Below, one piece after another: positions 11,221 through 23,300 of a stretch of 64,000 nucleotides of DNA (position 1 is the stretch's first letter; each line of letters begins with the position of its first letter). The stretch is taken from contig NC_134476.1 in NCBI RefSeq assembly GCF_964194025.1, positions 16,678,001 to 16,742,000 on the forward strand. The letters are read 5' to 3'. The position numbers and the translations under genes were made by a program. This DNA is from Convolutriloba macropyga (lineage: Eukaryota). The notes under the pieces were generated by a model. That model was not told where the DNA came from, did not search any database, and saw only the letters and a program-made list of their open reading frames with translations.

Positions 11221-12660
11221 AAAATAGCTGGCAGATTGCTTAAAAACATAAACCGACTAATGTCGGAAGAATTGCTCTTGAACGACAGGCGAGGCAATTT
11301 AATTCAGGGGCTGTAGCCTAGATAATTTTTTCTTTATGGGTGCACAAATAGATGCCTCCCTGGCCACAAGTACTGCCCACTCGGCTATCAGGCTATTCTT
11401 TTTACTATGCTGCAATCATTTAATTTTAGCAACAAGCTTTACTCCGGAGCAAGAGTAATAGAGATCACACAAAAAATGAAGAACTAAAGCGAGAAAAAGT
11501 CACTTGAGAAGTCAAAGAATGTTCTAGGGGAAAAGCGCAAATTTGTCAAGTGAAAAATTTGCATAAAAAAGACCAATACGTTTATAATAATCGCTATGAA
11601 CTTCGTTCCAGAGCAATTAAACAGCTGCGATAGCTTTGTAGATCTGCGGTCTCAAAACGATTGTTAAAAAGGACCAAAAACTTTCAAACATACACCGACA
11701 AATGTCGGAAGAATTGCTCTTGAATGACAGGCGAGGCAATTTAATTCATTGTCTTGAGTCTAGATCAATTTTTTATGGATACAAAAAACTTTGACCCCGC
11801 CGGGATTCCAACCACCGACCTCTAGGTCCATGGCCACCCACACTAACTACTGCGCTACGAGTCACTTAATTTTGCTACGCTGCAACCGACATTGTATTAG
11901 CAACTTAGGAGCACTAGAGATCCCTAAAAAATAATGAAAGCGTGAAAAAGTCACTTGAGAAGTCAAAGAATGTTCTAGAAGAAAAACGCAAAATTGTCAA
12001 GCGAAAAATTTGCATAAAAAAGACATGTTTACAATAATTGCTATGTACAATAATTGCTATGAACTTCGTTCAAGAGCAATTAATAAATGCCGTGATGCTA
12101 TCATTTGTTTAAAATTCTGTATAATTTACTACTGCTTCGATTAACTGCTCTCAGAAAATCTTCAATTCGAGAGAAACACTCAAGAGACATTAACTCCTCG
12201 AACTGTAGTAAAGAAAAGTCAATTTGAGAGCGAGCAAGCTCTTTTTGAGAGAAATTTAATCACGCGAATAAAGCGTGAAAAAGTCACTTGAGAAGTCAAA
12301 GAATATTCTAGGGGAAAAATGCAAAATGGTCAAGTGAAAAATTTGCATTAAAAAAGAACAACACGTTTACAATAATTGCTATGAACTTCATTCCAGAGCA
12401 ATTAAGGAGCTGCGACAGCTTTCTAGATCTGCGGTCTCAAAAAGATTGTTAAAAAAGGCCAGAAACTTTCAATAAATGCTGTGATGCTATCATTTGATTA
12501 AGATTCTGTACAATTTACTACTTCTATTAACTGCTCTCAGAAAACCTTCAATTTCAGAGAAACAAACTCAATAGACCTAAACTCCACGAACTGTAGTAAA
12601 GAGAAATCAATTTGAGAGCGACCAAGAACAAAAATCGTACTCCACTAAGAGTGAAAAGTG
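11221..12660. repeat. Tandem, diverged copies of a dispersed repeat (three overlapping modules)
   Basis: aaaagtcacttgagaagtcaaagaat.ttctag at ~11495, 11946 and 12278. aacata.accgac.aatgtcggaagaattgctcttgaa at ~11245 and 11687. Confidence 0.75.
11791..11863 (-). ncRNA. tRNA-derived (SINE-head / pseudo-tRNA) sequence embedded in a repeat
   Basis: Minus strand gactcgTAGCGCAGTAGttagtgtgggtggccatggacctagaggtcggtGGTTGGAATCCcggcggggtcaa has A-box- and B-box-like motifs at tRNA spacing, but imperfect stems. Confidence 0.6.
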
Positions 12661-13194
12661 ACGTCACAACAGAGTTAACTAAAGCATCCAAAGAAACAAA
12701 AATGTTGACTAAAAAATTCTAGCCTTCTACAATTTTTCGCATTAAGATTCCTTACTTGAAACATTACTGGTTAATTTCAATAAATGAAACTCACATAGCC
12801 AACAAATTACCGAAAACAGCCGCCGTTGACGCACGTCGGGATTGAAACAGAAAATTATGAGAAGAGATAAGAATTTCCTCAGCTTCAAAAGGTGTACAGT
12901 TAGATTCAAAAACTATACGTAAATTAGCTTCTACACTGAATGCTATTTAACTAATACTAATTTCAGCTAGCAATCACTCTCATGAATTTTGAGAACCTAA
13001 TGCACTATAAATTAAAGACCGGGCTTCATCGGCTTAGCCTGTTTCTTTTGATTTTGCTCTTTTGACTTTGACTGTTTTTCACTACATTACGTAATTCAGT
13101 GAATGAACGAAATTAAAACCCATTCAGTTGAATCAGTGAGTGAGGTAAATCATGAGTCAAACTTTTGTAAAACGAAAGACGAAAAGCGAATTTA

Positions 13195-13680
13195 AAAAAA
13201 CATAGCTGGCAGATTGCCAGAAAATAGCCGCAATAGATTCGTAGATCGGTAGTCTAAAAAAACAGTAAAAAAGACAGACCAAAAAAATTAGTCTTTTCAT
13301 TGAAGGCTGATCTGTTATATTTTGATTAAAAATCTGTATAAGTTATTGCTGCCTCTATTAGCTGATCTCAAATAACCTTCATTTAGAGTGACACACACCC
13401 ATTTGACCTTATCTCTTTGAATTAAAGTAAATAAAAGTCAATTTCAAAGAGAGGAAGTCATTTTTGAGAGTGAGGTAAGTCAAGTGTGACCAAAAATTTA
13501 ATCACGCGCATGAACAAAAAAACTCGCTCTCCACTAAGAACGAAAAATGACGTCACACATGCAATTCAGTTGAAATTGCATGAACGAATGAACAAAAAGT
13601 GGCTGTGACGTCATATGGTCGTAACAAAAATCATGACGACGAAATAAAAAAACATAGCCGGAAGAATTCCGGAAGCGACT
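13195..13680. mobile_element. Copy of the dispersed Helentron/HINE-like repeat, near-identical to 3836-4290
   Basis: Direct sequence identity starting at aaacatagctggcagattgccagaaaatagccgcaatag. Confidence 0.8.
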
Positions 13681-15444
13681 CGAAGCACCAAAACTTCACA
13701 AAAAGCTGAAGCCATTACCTTTTGTATTAAACCATTAACTCATTACCTCCGCGGGTCTGATCTTAAAATCGGTGAAATTTAAACCACTGTCACCAAGAGA
13801 AAGAAAATGCAGCAAAATTTTATTATTGAAAACGTTTGGTAACGTTAAATAAGTCTGAAATTTTAAGGATGGTAAAAAACTGATAGCCCGACAAAGCTGA
13901 CAGGGCCATCAATCGCCCTCAGATAATTAATGATTCTAATCTCAAAAAGATCGCAAAAGCAAACGGCAGATAAAAACTTTTCAAAAAAGACAGGAAAGTC
14001 AAAATTATTCAAAAAACAGTGCTCAAACTTAAGAATCAGAGAAGCACTACAATTAGATTTCTAATCATGGCAATTAAGACAAAAAAAATACATGATTCTT
14101 CCTTGTTGTATATATGCTAGACAACATGATTTCATACTAATTCAAAAATTAAATTAATCATTGAAAAACAAAAGCAACAGAATAATATTCAAAGGCAAAC
14201 AATCGTCTAAAAACAATACCAAGCTCGGAGGAAAAATGCAATGAATAGTAATAAGTCGAAATGTTGGAAAAGACTTTCTAGCAAACTCTCAGTACTCCCT
14301 TATTTTGAATTAAATCAATTGCAAACCGAAGAAACCAAGATCTAAGAAAAAGCTGAATTCATTCAATTTTTTAACAACTGAAAAAATCAATATAACGACT
14401 ACAAAAGTAGGTGCCAGGACAAAACTAGAATGATACAAACGAGAAAGTGAAGAATATGGTCACAATGTTAGGAACACCGTAACAAAAAGACCAATTCTTG
14501 ATTTTTGAAAGTTAAAAATCAAATTTAAAAAAATCAAGAAAAATACTTACACACGATGAGGGAGTACAAAAGCATGTCTTTATAAGAGCGTTCATGAAGG
14601 AGTCATTCGAGACAAAAATCCAACTTGCTGAACAGAATAAAACAAGAAAAAGCAGAATTCAGACATACGAAACAATGAAACATTTTGTAAAAAGGTGGTC
14701 AAAGAATATTTAAGACTGCATTTATGAAAAAAATTTATCTGTTTTTTCAAAAACTTAACACCAAAAAATGATTGAATTTTTAATGAAACGAAATTAAAGT
14801 CCCTCATGTTGCCCAAAATGCTGTTTCTAGTAATTAAAAGCAAAATACAAACAAAAAACTGAAAAAAATTGGCAAAAAAACTACGAAAATCGGATTAGCA
14901 AATGTACAATTTTATGAAACAAAATTACATCGAGGTAGAAAGAGGCATTGAGTATATGAATTATCAAAGGGAAGTTGCCATATTAACTGATTTTTGACAA
15001 AAAAACAGCTAAAAGATAAAAGATCCAAGCCAAAAATTAACTAAAAAATCAAGAAATATGTGCCAATTTCGCATTTGAAACACAATTTCAGGCTATGCAA
15101 AAAACTGTGCTATCAATTTCCGGGGTTTACATTTCAACATAGCATCGATTAAAAATTATTTCTACAAAAAAACCAAATTACAAGCAAAAAAACTAGGCCA
15201 CTTAGACGAAAAAACGGCTAAAAACGGTTATCTATATGTTCCATTCAGTCAAAAACTACTTTTCAATGTCAAAAAGTCATTCACTAAACGCAGCGCATGA
15301 TCAAAAAACTTCTCTCGCTCAGAAAAAATTAGTTCACACTGCATTTTTACTCGCTTTCGCTTTTAGGTCAAAACATCGTCTGAACGAATAGTACTTCCGG
15401 TAAAAAAAAAAAAACCTTAAGAAAACCAATACTCCTCTTCGAGT

Positions 15445-15783
15445 CGTAAAAAACCAAGAGAAGGCCAATAATAGCCCCAGCTATCGCTGTGCGGCTATTA
15501 AAAAACAAAGCATGACATGCAATTAAAATCGCCGCACGTGACCAAAAAAACGCCAAAGACAGAGCCAATTTTTGCTTACTCACTCTACGTGAAAAATCGA
15601 CTGAAAAAATTTCACGCCGCAAGCCACTCGCTTTTTCGCTCCATTTCCTGACCAAAATCACTAATACAATTTGATTTCAAAAATTAAGTGTGAAAAGATC
15701 TTTAAAAAAAAGGCTGCGCCCCAATACAATTCAATTCTCTATATTTTAAAAAAAAAACAAGAGAGGCTTTGCTTTGCGACTAT
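15445..15783. mobile_element. Fragment of the same repeat family, inserted next to the first CCCH exon donor
   Basis: aaccaagagaaggccaataatagccccagctatcgctgtgcggctattaaaaa is identical to 6309-6361. Confidence 0.7.
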
Positions 15784-15792
15784 TAAAAAGAC

Positions 15793-15953
15793 CTCAATTT
15801 TTGAGATATGTACAGAGGATTTTCAGCAGATCGAAGCTCTCTAAGTCCATGTACATAGAGACACTCGTGTTCCTCGGGACAGTAGAGCTCGCTTTCAAAC
15901 AGCGGACACATTTCAGCTTTGTCAGCAAAACTTGAGTCAATTACTACTGTCAT
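15793..15953 (-). CDS. First coding exon of the CCCH zinc-finger locus (finger 1)
   Basis: MTVVIDSSFADKAEMCPLFESELYCPEEHECLYVHGLRELRSAENPLYISQKL (C-x8-C-x5-C-x3-H followed by GLRELR). Acceptor ttcttcAG at 15962-15961. A weak phase-2 donor AG|GTCTTT joins in frame to the exon at 9018 (KL-R-FKIEM). Confidence 0.75.
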
Positions 15954-16091
15954 TCTGAATCTGAAGAACACAAAAATCGATCTCATAAATGATCTAATTA
16001 GCAAAATAAATATTGAAAACTGGAGAGCAGCTACAATGTTCTTCCGATAAGTAGTTAGACTTTGTCCCATTAATAATCAAAACATGTAATA

Positions 16092-17192
16092 TCATCTAAT
16101 TACACCATACAGATTTCTATGCATATCTTCACATTGCTGTTTAACAGCAAAAAGCTCTCTCTGAAGGTGATCCGAGATACGTTTTCTGATTTCAGTATTC
16201 GTATATTTCAACTTCTTCAGTTTTTCGAGTTGCTCAGAAACGTCTATTGGATTTCCAACAACGAGCGTAATCTTCTGTCCTATTTGAGGTATATATGGCT
16301 TCTTGTTTGGAAGCAACTCGTCCATTCCTATATGCCACATTGGCAAGACTATTGGAGTTGTTTTGGCATCATGCAACAATCTAGCGGCACCCCACTTAAG
16401 ACGCATCAGTCTGTGGTCTACGTTGATTTTCCCTTCTGCGAATAAATGAACCCAGCCACCTGCAACAATTACATTATCTGGTTACGTTTTTTTCTTTATT
16501 CCGAACGCCTAATAGTAAGCAAATATCACATAGCCCTAAACATTGCCCTAACTACGTGCGCGTATACCCAAACGAGCCAACTCAATGAACTGTTTTAAAG
16601 ATTAACCAGGCAGATCGTTTGAGACCATAGCTACCTTAATGTGAGATTATGTATACTCCTGTATGCAAATTTAGGTAGAAAATTAATGAAACCAAAAGCC
16701 TCAGCTGTCAACAGACCCGATGTTAAAAGGAATAACTAGCTCACCTAAATTCAGCTTTTCTAGACACAGATTCATGCATGCTTGATGCACTCCCCACCCT
16801 CTGATAGTCGGGACAACTCTTCCCCACCCAAATAATGTTGCTAGTTTATTGTTATAAAACATAACTTCATCAGCCCCTGGGGTCCACCTGATATTATTTG
16901 CGTTTGATAGCAAACGAAATGGCAGCAATCCAAAGAGAACAGGGTCGTCGATGCAGCAATCGTGATTTGAAATAGTGAGCAAAGGACGATCTTTGTTGAC
17001 ATTTTTTACAGCCAAATCAGAAAAAGTTGTAAGATTTTTTGTGCGAGTCGTGCTTAAAATACGGAGCCAAAATTTGGAGACACTTCCGATTACTGCGATT
17101 GTTGCAATTTCTTTGAACCTGTACCAAAGTGTTCGAGGCTGTTTAAAAGGCCATCGCTTTGGATAAAATTGGGTTTTACTCAACGCACTCAT
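16092..17192 (-). CDS. TAZ: Tafazzin (phospholipid/cardiolipin transacylase); join(17192..16745, 16459..16092)
   Basis: Acyltransferase motif LLTISNHDCCIDDPVLFG, RWTPGA, VPTIRGWGVHQ. Splicing (AG|GTGAGC ... ttgcAG|) gives LNLGGWVHLFAEGKIN...RLKWGAARL...PIVLPMWHIGMDELLPNKKPYIP. Confidence 0.95.
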
Positions 17193-17869
17193 TACTCAAC
17201 GCACACGAAGTCTTCAAGCATAGTACAAAAGACTCGATCTGAAAACAAAATTTGGACAAGAAGATTGAATTAAGCATCAGAACCCACGGACAAAATTACA
17301 AGTTAAATTTACAAAGGTTAAAATTTACAGTGAGTAATTGTTCCATTCAATTTAAGAATTTGTAAAACTTTTGAAGCAATGACAATTCTAAAAATGGACA
17401 AGCAATGATTAAAATTTCGACAGAAGAATATCGAATTGAACATCAGATCCCACTAAAAAATTTACAAATGAAATTTACAATGCCAATTATGTACATAGTG
17501 TAGTTGTTTCATTCACTTTGTGAGTTTATAATACTTCTGACGTAGAGACAGTTTTAAAAATCAGGCACAATAGAGTATTTGATCATCTGATAAAATAGTT
17601 TTTTCACAAAATCTGCAGACGCACAAGGTTTCCTCCCACTTGTAGCAGCCTTCCATGCAGCAGAGAGTTGTGCAGACAGTTTCTACAAAACATCGCGATG
17701 ACTTTTGTGTTTGGTGGGACAATTTTTCAGCCCATGGTGGTAAAAGAACATAAATTGTTGCAGAAAATTTTTTTGTCAAAGTGATTTTCTCGCTCCGCAG
17801 CAGCGTTTCCAAAAAAAGTCCATCAACTTTGGGGCAGTGTTTGGTTATCTTTCCAAAGCAACTTTACGT

Positions 17870-19520
17870 TACAACCTAGGCCAGAAAAACTACGAATCAA
17901 AGCTTTTCAACTCATGAAATTCTCAAGCAATGTACAAGTATTTTAAAAGCTTACGGAAAGGACCGTCAGTTCCGCCTCAGGTTAAAAGGAACAAAGACGT
18001 AGCAAATGGATGCTGAAAAAGCTTCTCTTTTTAATAAAGATTACTGTTCAGTTTTCACCATTACATCGCTCTTCAGAAATAATTTGGACGAAAATAGGAT
18101 TTTGAACAATTTTACTGTCACGAAAAACGCAGTAGTTGAAATTCTTGGGTCATTAAACGTATCAAAGTCAGGTGGTCCTAATAATTTGCCTGCAGTTGTA
18201 CCTAGGAACTGCGCAAAAGAACTTACGAAATCCATCTTAGAGTTATTAGATAAATTTAGGCGCCTCGGAACCTATCCTAGTGCTCTGAAAATAAAAATTA
18301 GCCAAGCTTTTAAGAAAAAAGATCAAAAGCAGATGTGGTAAATTATCGTCCGGTAACACTAATATGCATTGTTTCGAAAGTTTTGCACAAATTTTTGTAT
18401 GGTTTAATTGTCAATTTTTTTCAGGGGACTCACAACTGATTCACAGTTCAATTTTTGTGAAAGAAGATCAGCTACTCATGAAATGATTACCTACTTGGAT
18501 ACAATATATAAATTCAGGTCTGAGAACAATAGACAAAAAAGCTCATTTTTGTTTGAGTTTTCCTAAGCTTTCGAACAAATTGATCATTGATTACTCTTAC
18601 GTAAAATCATTTGTGTTGGAAAAAGCGGCGAACTGTTCAAGATCTCAAAGAGTTATCCGAGCGAGAGACTGAAATACGGGAAATTTTGAAATCTAAAATC
18701 GAAGAATTCGCCGGTCACTTTGGTTGTACTCAAAAAATGGCCAGTACTTATTCTTCTTTTCAACAAAGATTTACCTGAAACTGTTTTCAACTCCAAAGTC
18801 GTCCCCACTGTTAACGAACTAAATTTAATATATAATGAAGATCTTGGAAACGCACCCGGAATCAAACGAGATCTATATTCAATTTTGCGTCGAAGATACC
18901 CAAATAACATCAGCTTCAATTTATCGAAACGTCAGTAAATAAATTTTAATATCAAGTCAAGTCTAAGTCCGCTGATATTTCAATGGTCGATTGAACAATC
19001 GAGAACTGTAGAAGACCTTGGAATCACTATGAACGACAGCCTCTCCTGGAAGGTTGGAAGGAAAAAGTGGAATTGCGGACTCGTAAAGCCGAAAAACTCT
19101 TCCAAAAAATTAAACGAAACTCATCATATCTACTACAAAACTAAATTCATATAAGAGTACGCTTATTGCAATCTTAATCTATTGATCTAACTATTATATG
19201 CCTTCAAAATTTGACATGCGATTCTTAGAAAAATCTAATGAAATATTTTCGAAATGAATCCTACCGAGCTTTTACTTATTGCGAAAGACTAAGATCCCTG
19301 AATGTAATACCGATAACTATTACATTGTGATAATAGATCTTCTCGTGCTATCGAAATTGGTGAACAATTATTATGCGTTCAACATCAGCGAGCATGTTAA
19401 TATAAATTTTGTGCAAAAAGGTTTCGGTTTGTGATGACTGAAATCAAGAATTCAGCGGTCAATTTTTCTTGATCGAGCCACATATAGAGCAAATATTGAT
19501 TCAAGTGTTAAGTTCTTTCA
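17870..19520 (+). mobile_element. Second decayed CR1/L2-type LINE reverse transcriptase
   Basis: VVEILGSLNVSKSGGPNNLPAVV...CAKEL...GTYPSAL, NYRPVTLICIVSKV (~18340), KAFEQIDH (~18565), VEDLGITMNDSLSW (~19010). Many stops and frameshifts. Confidence 0.8.
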
Positions 19521-20399
19521 NNNNNNNNNNNNNNNNNNNNNNNNNNNNNNNNNNNNNNNNNNNNNNNNNNNNNNNNNNNNNNNNNNNNNNNNNNNNNNNN
19601 NNNNNNNNNNNNNNNNNNNNNNNNNNNNNNNNNNNNNNNNNNNNNNNNNNNNNNNNNNNNNNNNNNNNNNNNNNNNNNNNNNNNNNNNNNNNNNNNNNNN
19701 NNNNNNNNNNNNNNNNNNNNAAATTGAAAATATCTCCATTTCAAATGGAAGAAGAGGTCAACAAGCAAAAATGAGGTGGACTAGCAAAACAATTGCTCAG
19801 TCAAAAATTTGGACATAGCAAAGATTTAACGAGCTCATTGTTGTTGTTCTAGTGTCAAAACTTTCAGATGTTCTGCTCATAGCATGAAAGAATCGAGCTA
19901 TGAGCTGAATTTAATCGCCATGTTTTAACAAATGCTGCGGTCACAGGATTAAATTTATTCAAAGTTTTGATTAAGCTTAGCAAAAGCTGAAAATTAATAC
20001 AAAAAGCTTGAAACGGACCTCCACCGCGGAAAACTTTTGCAAGGAGGACCCAAAGTACCAGAAAAAAGAGGACAGTATAAGAATAACAAAATAATCTAAA
20101 GCTTAACACAGCATTTAGTCGAATTTTGTTGACTGGATAATTTTGAATCAGATGTTAAGAGTTCCGTTTTTTTTACCGTAGTTTTGTGATGTTGATTGTT
20201 ACCCCAAACCTGTTTATAATTCGAAACGTCAGAGATGTAGAGTTTTTAAAAGAAACAGCAGTTTTCAATTTTTCTAAAATTGCAGATTCGTTTTTCTAAA
20301 CTAGCATTTTGAAGAAGCCCTCTCAACCACCTTTTTCTGGACGAAATGGTAGACATAGGTTACAAAAATGCTTTGAGTCACATGCAATTAGCGACGGGA

Positions 20400-23300
20400 A
20401 AGGTAGTCGTTGAAATATGATGACGCACTGATTAGGTTTTTGAGCGTTAAATGCCTTCAACCTCTATGATATTAGTTGGTTTCGATTTGATCAGTTCTAT
20501 CTCGTCATATATTTACGTGTGTAGGTTGTCTTCAAAATTTTCAGAACGCTGCGTTGACATAATCAGAAGTTCGTCGCTTTCACTATTTACTATTGTTTCT
20601 TCAATGGTATCAGGCTTTTGTGCGTATGCTTTGGTACACTAATTGTTCTGCAATTGCTCTTACTGTCTGTGTTAGCTAGTGTAGGTTTCAACGTCGTGGT
20701 TGTTTCATGATATTCTGTTTCTCAACTTTATTCCGCAGGGGTTCTTTTTACACGTAGTTGCCAAAAACCAACTTTTTGTTATTTCATTCCTGTATTTCAT
20801 GAATCAGAATTCCGACGTTTAAAATTCTGTAATGCTATGCACTAATTTAGTTCTTTTTCCCTTCACTACTACATTCTTTGTACTATTTTAACTTCAATTC
20901 TGGCCTCTTTGTTTGTAAAGTTATATATGAAAAAGCTTTGTTTGAATTGTTGAAAATAACATACTTCATTCATTGTATTTTTTAGTTGCAGTGCAAGTAC
21001 AGGTTTTGTTCAACTGCATAGCAAATCAGTTGAATGAAAAACGCGGACAAAGCAAAAGATGATTTTGGGTCCAATGAAACGTGTCATCCAATATATGATT
21101 TTTCCCTGGCAACAAGATAAGTTTGGTTTTCTTCACTAACACTAAGCATTTAAAAAATCAACATTTGGCGCCATTGGTGATCATATCTTGAATTCAAATT
21201 ATAAAACTCCCTATAAATCAAATATTTCCATTTGTTCCAGCAGAGCTTTGCTTTGTAATTTTTTTTTGAATTCTGATTCGTTTGGCGGCCTTAATCAAGT
21301 TGCTTTAATCAAGTTCTGAAATACCGAATAGCTTTTCCGTGAGACTGGACGGGGCCAATTGACCTTAGTCTTTTGACACGGCAAGTCCTCGGGTTCATCT
21401 ATTACAGTCAATTAACGGCAATATTCTATCCATGACCCGTTGTGCAATTTGAATTGCGTACGAGTATCCAGGGTTGCAAATCGCAAGTTTAAATTTTCTA
21501 TAGAACACTCTTGAAATTGGATCTCTGTGTTTATCTTTTCTGCGGTTTTGCCAAAACATATATTAATTGGTACCTTTTGCTACAGAACAATTTTTCAACG
21601 ACTCGAACGGCCTTAGCTTTTTAATGCTTAAAATACCCCTTACAATCTATCTGCGTCAAGTCCCAGAGCGTTATATTGATTAAATAAAACAACTGACCGT
21701 TTCCATCGATTGTGGCTGTTAATTATTTAATTCACTGCCTATTTTCAGTTTGCCGGTTCACTGTTCAACTACAAAACATTTCTGGAGAGACCAACACATA
21801 AATTTACGTTTTTTTGTCTGCACTGTCCAAGTTTTCAAACAAATTATTTTGGGGTTTTTTTTCTGAAATTTATATATAGTTTGATCGATTTGTTTGTTTT
21901 TCAATTGATCAACAAAGTTTTTTCGGTCTAACTTGCTCATCAAGTAACTATTACTCCTAGCAGTTGCGGACAGAAAATATAACAATAGCATAGAAGACCT
22001 CTTCCTTGCCGTGATCAAATAATTAAAGCATTGATTCAAATTCGAAACTTTTGCCATGATATATGGTTTCCTGCTCTTGCTTCAAAAGGTCTCTTAGTTG
22101 TAACCATGCTGCCTCCCATCTTTCTTTTGCTTTTTTAACAGAGTTCCCAAGAAAAATTTTGTGTTTCCTGCAACGCTGTTTTTTGTTGTTCACCTGAAAG
22201 ACTGATCCTGTCAACAGGTTATTTTAGTTTACTTTTACGCCACGTCCTTTCACGAAATAATTTCCAATTCTTCGAACAACCTCAGAGTCAGGTCGGCCAT
22301 GTTTCTGAACTGCTGCACTGAACATTGTTTCCCTGCCCTAGGATTTGGCAGGTTGGTTCCTTTTCTGGTAAATTTCATAAATAAATTGAGATTGCTCACT
22401 CAAATATAAGACATGGTGATACCAAACTCTTTCATCAGATTGGTTTTAGTTTATGCGGCTTTTTACTTTTAGTAATGTAAACGCTCATGATGATTTCAGA
22501 GTACGTAGGTTTTTTTTGGCTTAACAGCATTCTAAGATACCGGTTGTGTTGGAACTAGTCAGTTCCGTCGTGGCATATTTTTGCGTGTCTAAGATTTTTT
22601 CCAACACGAAGGCCACAATCTCAATCAATTGATGCTAAATTTTGATATTAAAATTGATATTAAAAAAACAAACGAGCGAGAAAATGTCATTTTTTCACTT
22701 TTAATGTGTGTTTCACGCATTGTACTTTCACTTTTCAAAGCGCATCATTTTCAGGTTTTTCATCTATATGGTTGTAAATGAAAAGAAAGTAGTCTTTCAG
22801 GTTACTTTTTTGTTGTTCCCCACGCAATGATTTTTGATAACATTGCTTGCTAAGTTTTTGCGAAGTTGAGTCAGTGTAAGAATGCTCAGGCATGTTCAGA
22901 TGTTTGTTACTTTAACTGTTGCCAACTGTATGCGCATTTATTTTACGCCGATGTTGTGCTGATTTTTTGGTACAGGTATTGTTGTGCTTTTGCTCTTTCT
23001 TTCAGCTTGTGTTAACTGGGGTAAATTGATTGGTACTTCCACCCCGTTTTTTTAACTCTATTTTTTCAATTTTCTTCCTTAGTTTCCCTGTGTTGTGTGA
23101 TTCCGTTCTGCTAACTTCTTGGCATAAAGTTTTTTAGAACTTTTTTCCTCTGTCAACGTTTCATTCTCATTCAGAGAGCTCGCTTTAATTTCTATGAAAT
23201 CGTTTTCATTGTTATTTTGTTTAGTTTGATTCTTTGCCGTTATAGTACATCTCTTGTTGAAATTTTTGACATAAAAATTCTTTGTTGCGTTTTCATTTTC

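Noticed and set aside
11791-11863. Functional tRNA gene
   Set aside because: Stems and T-loop are imperfect (GGTTGGAATCC) and it is embedded in a repeat; kept only as tRNA-derived.
13750-15250. A-rich stretch resembling a decayed retroelement ORF
   Set aside because: No diagnostic motif could be read with confidence.
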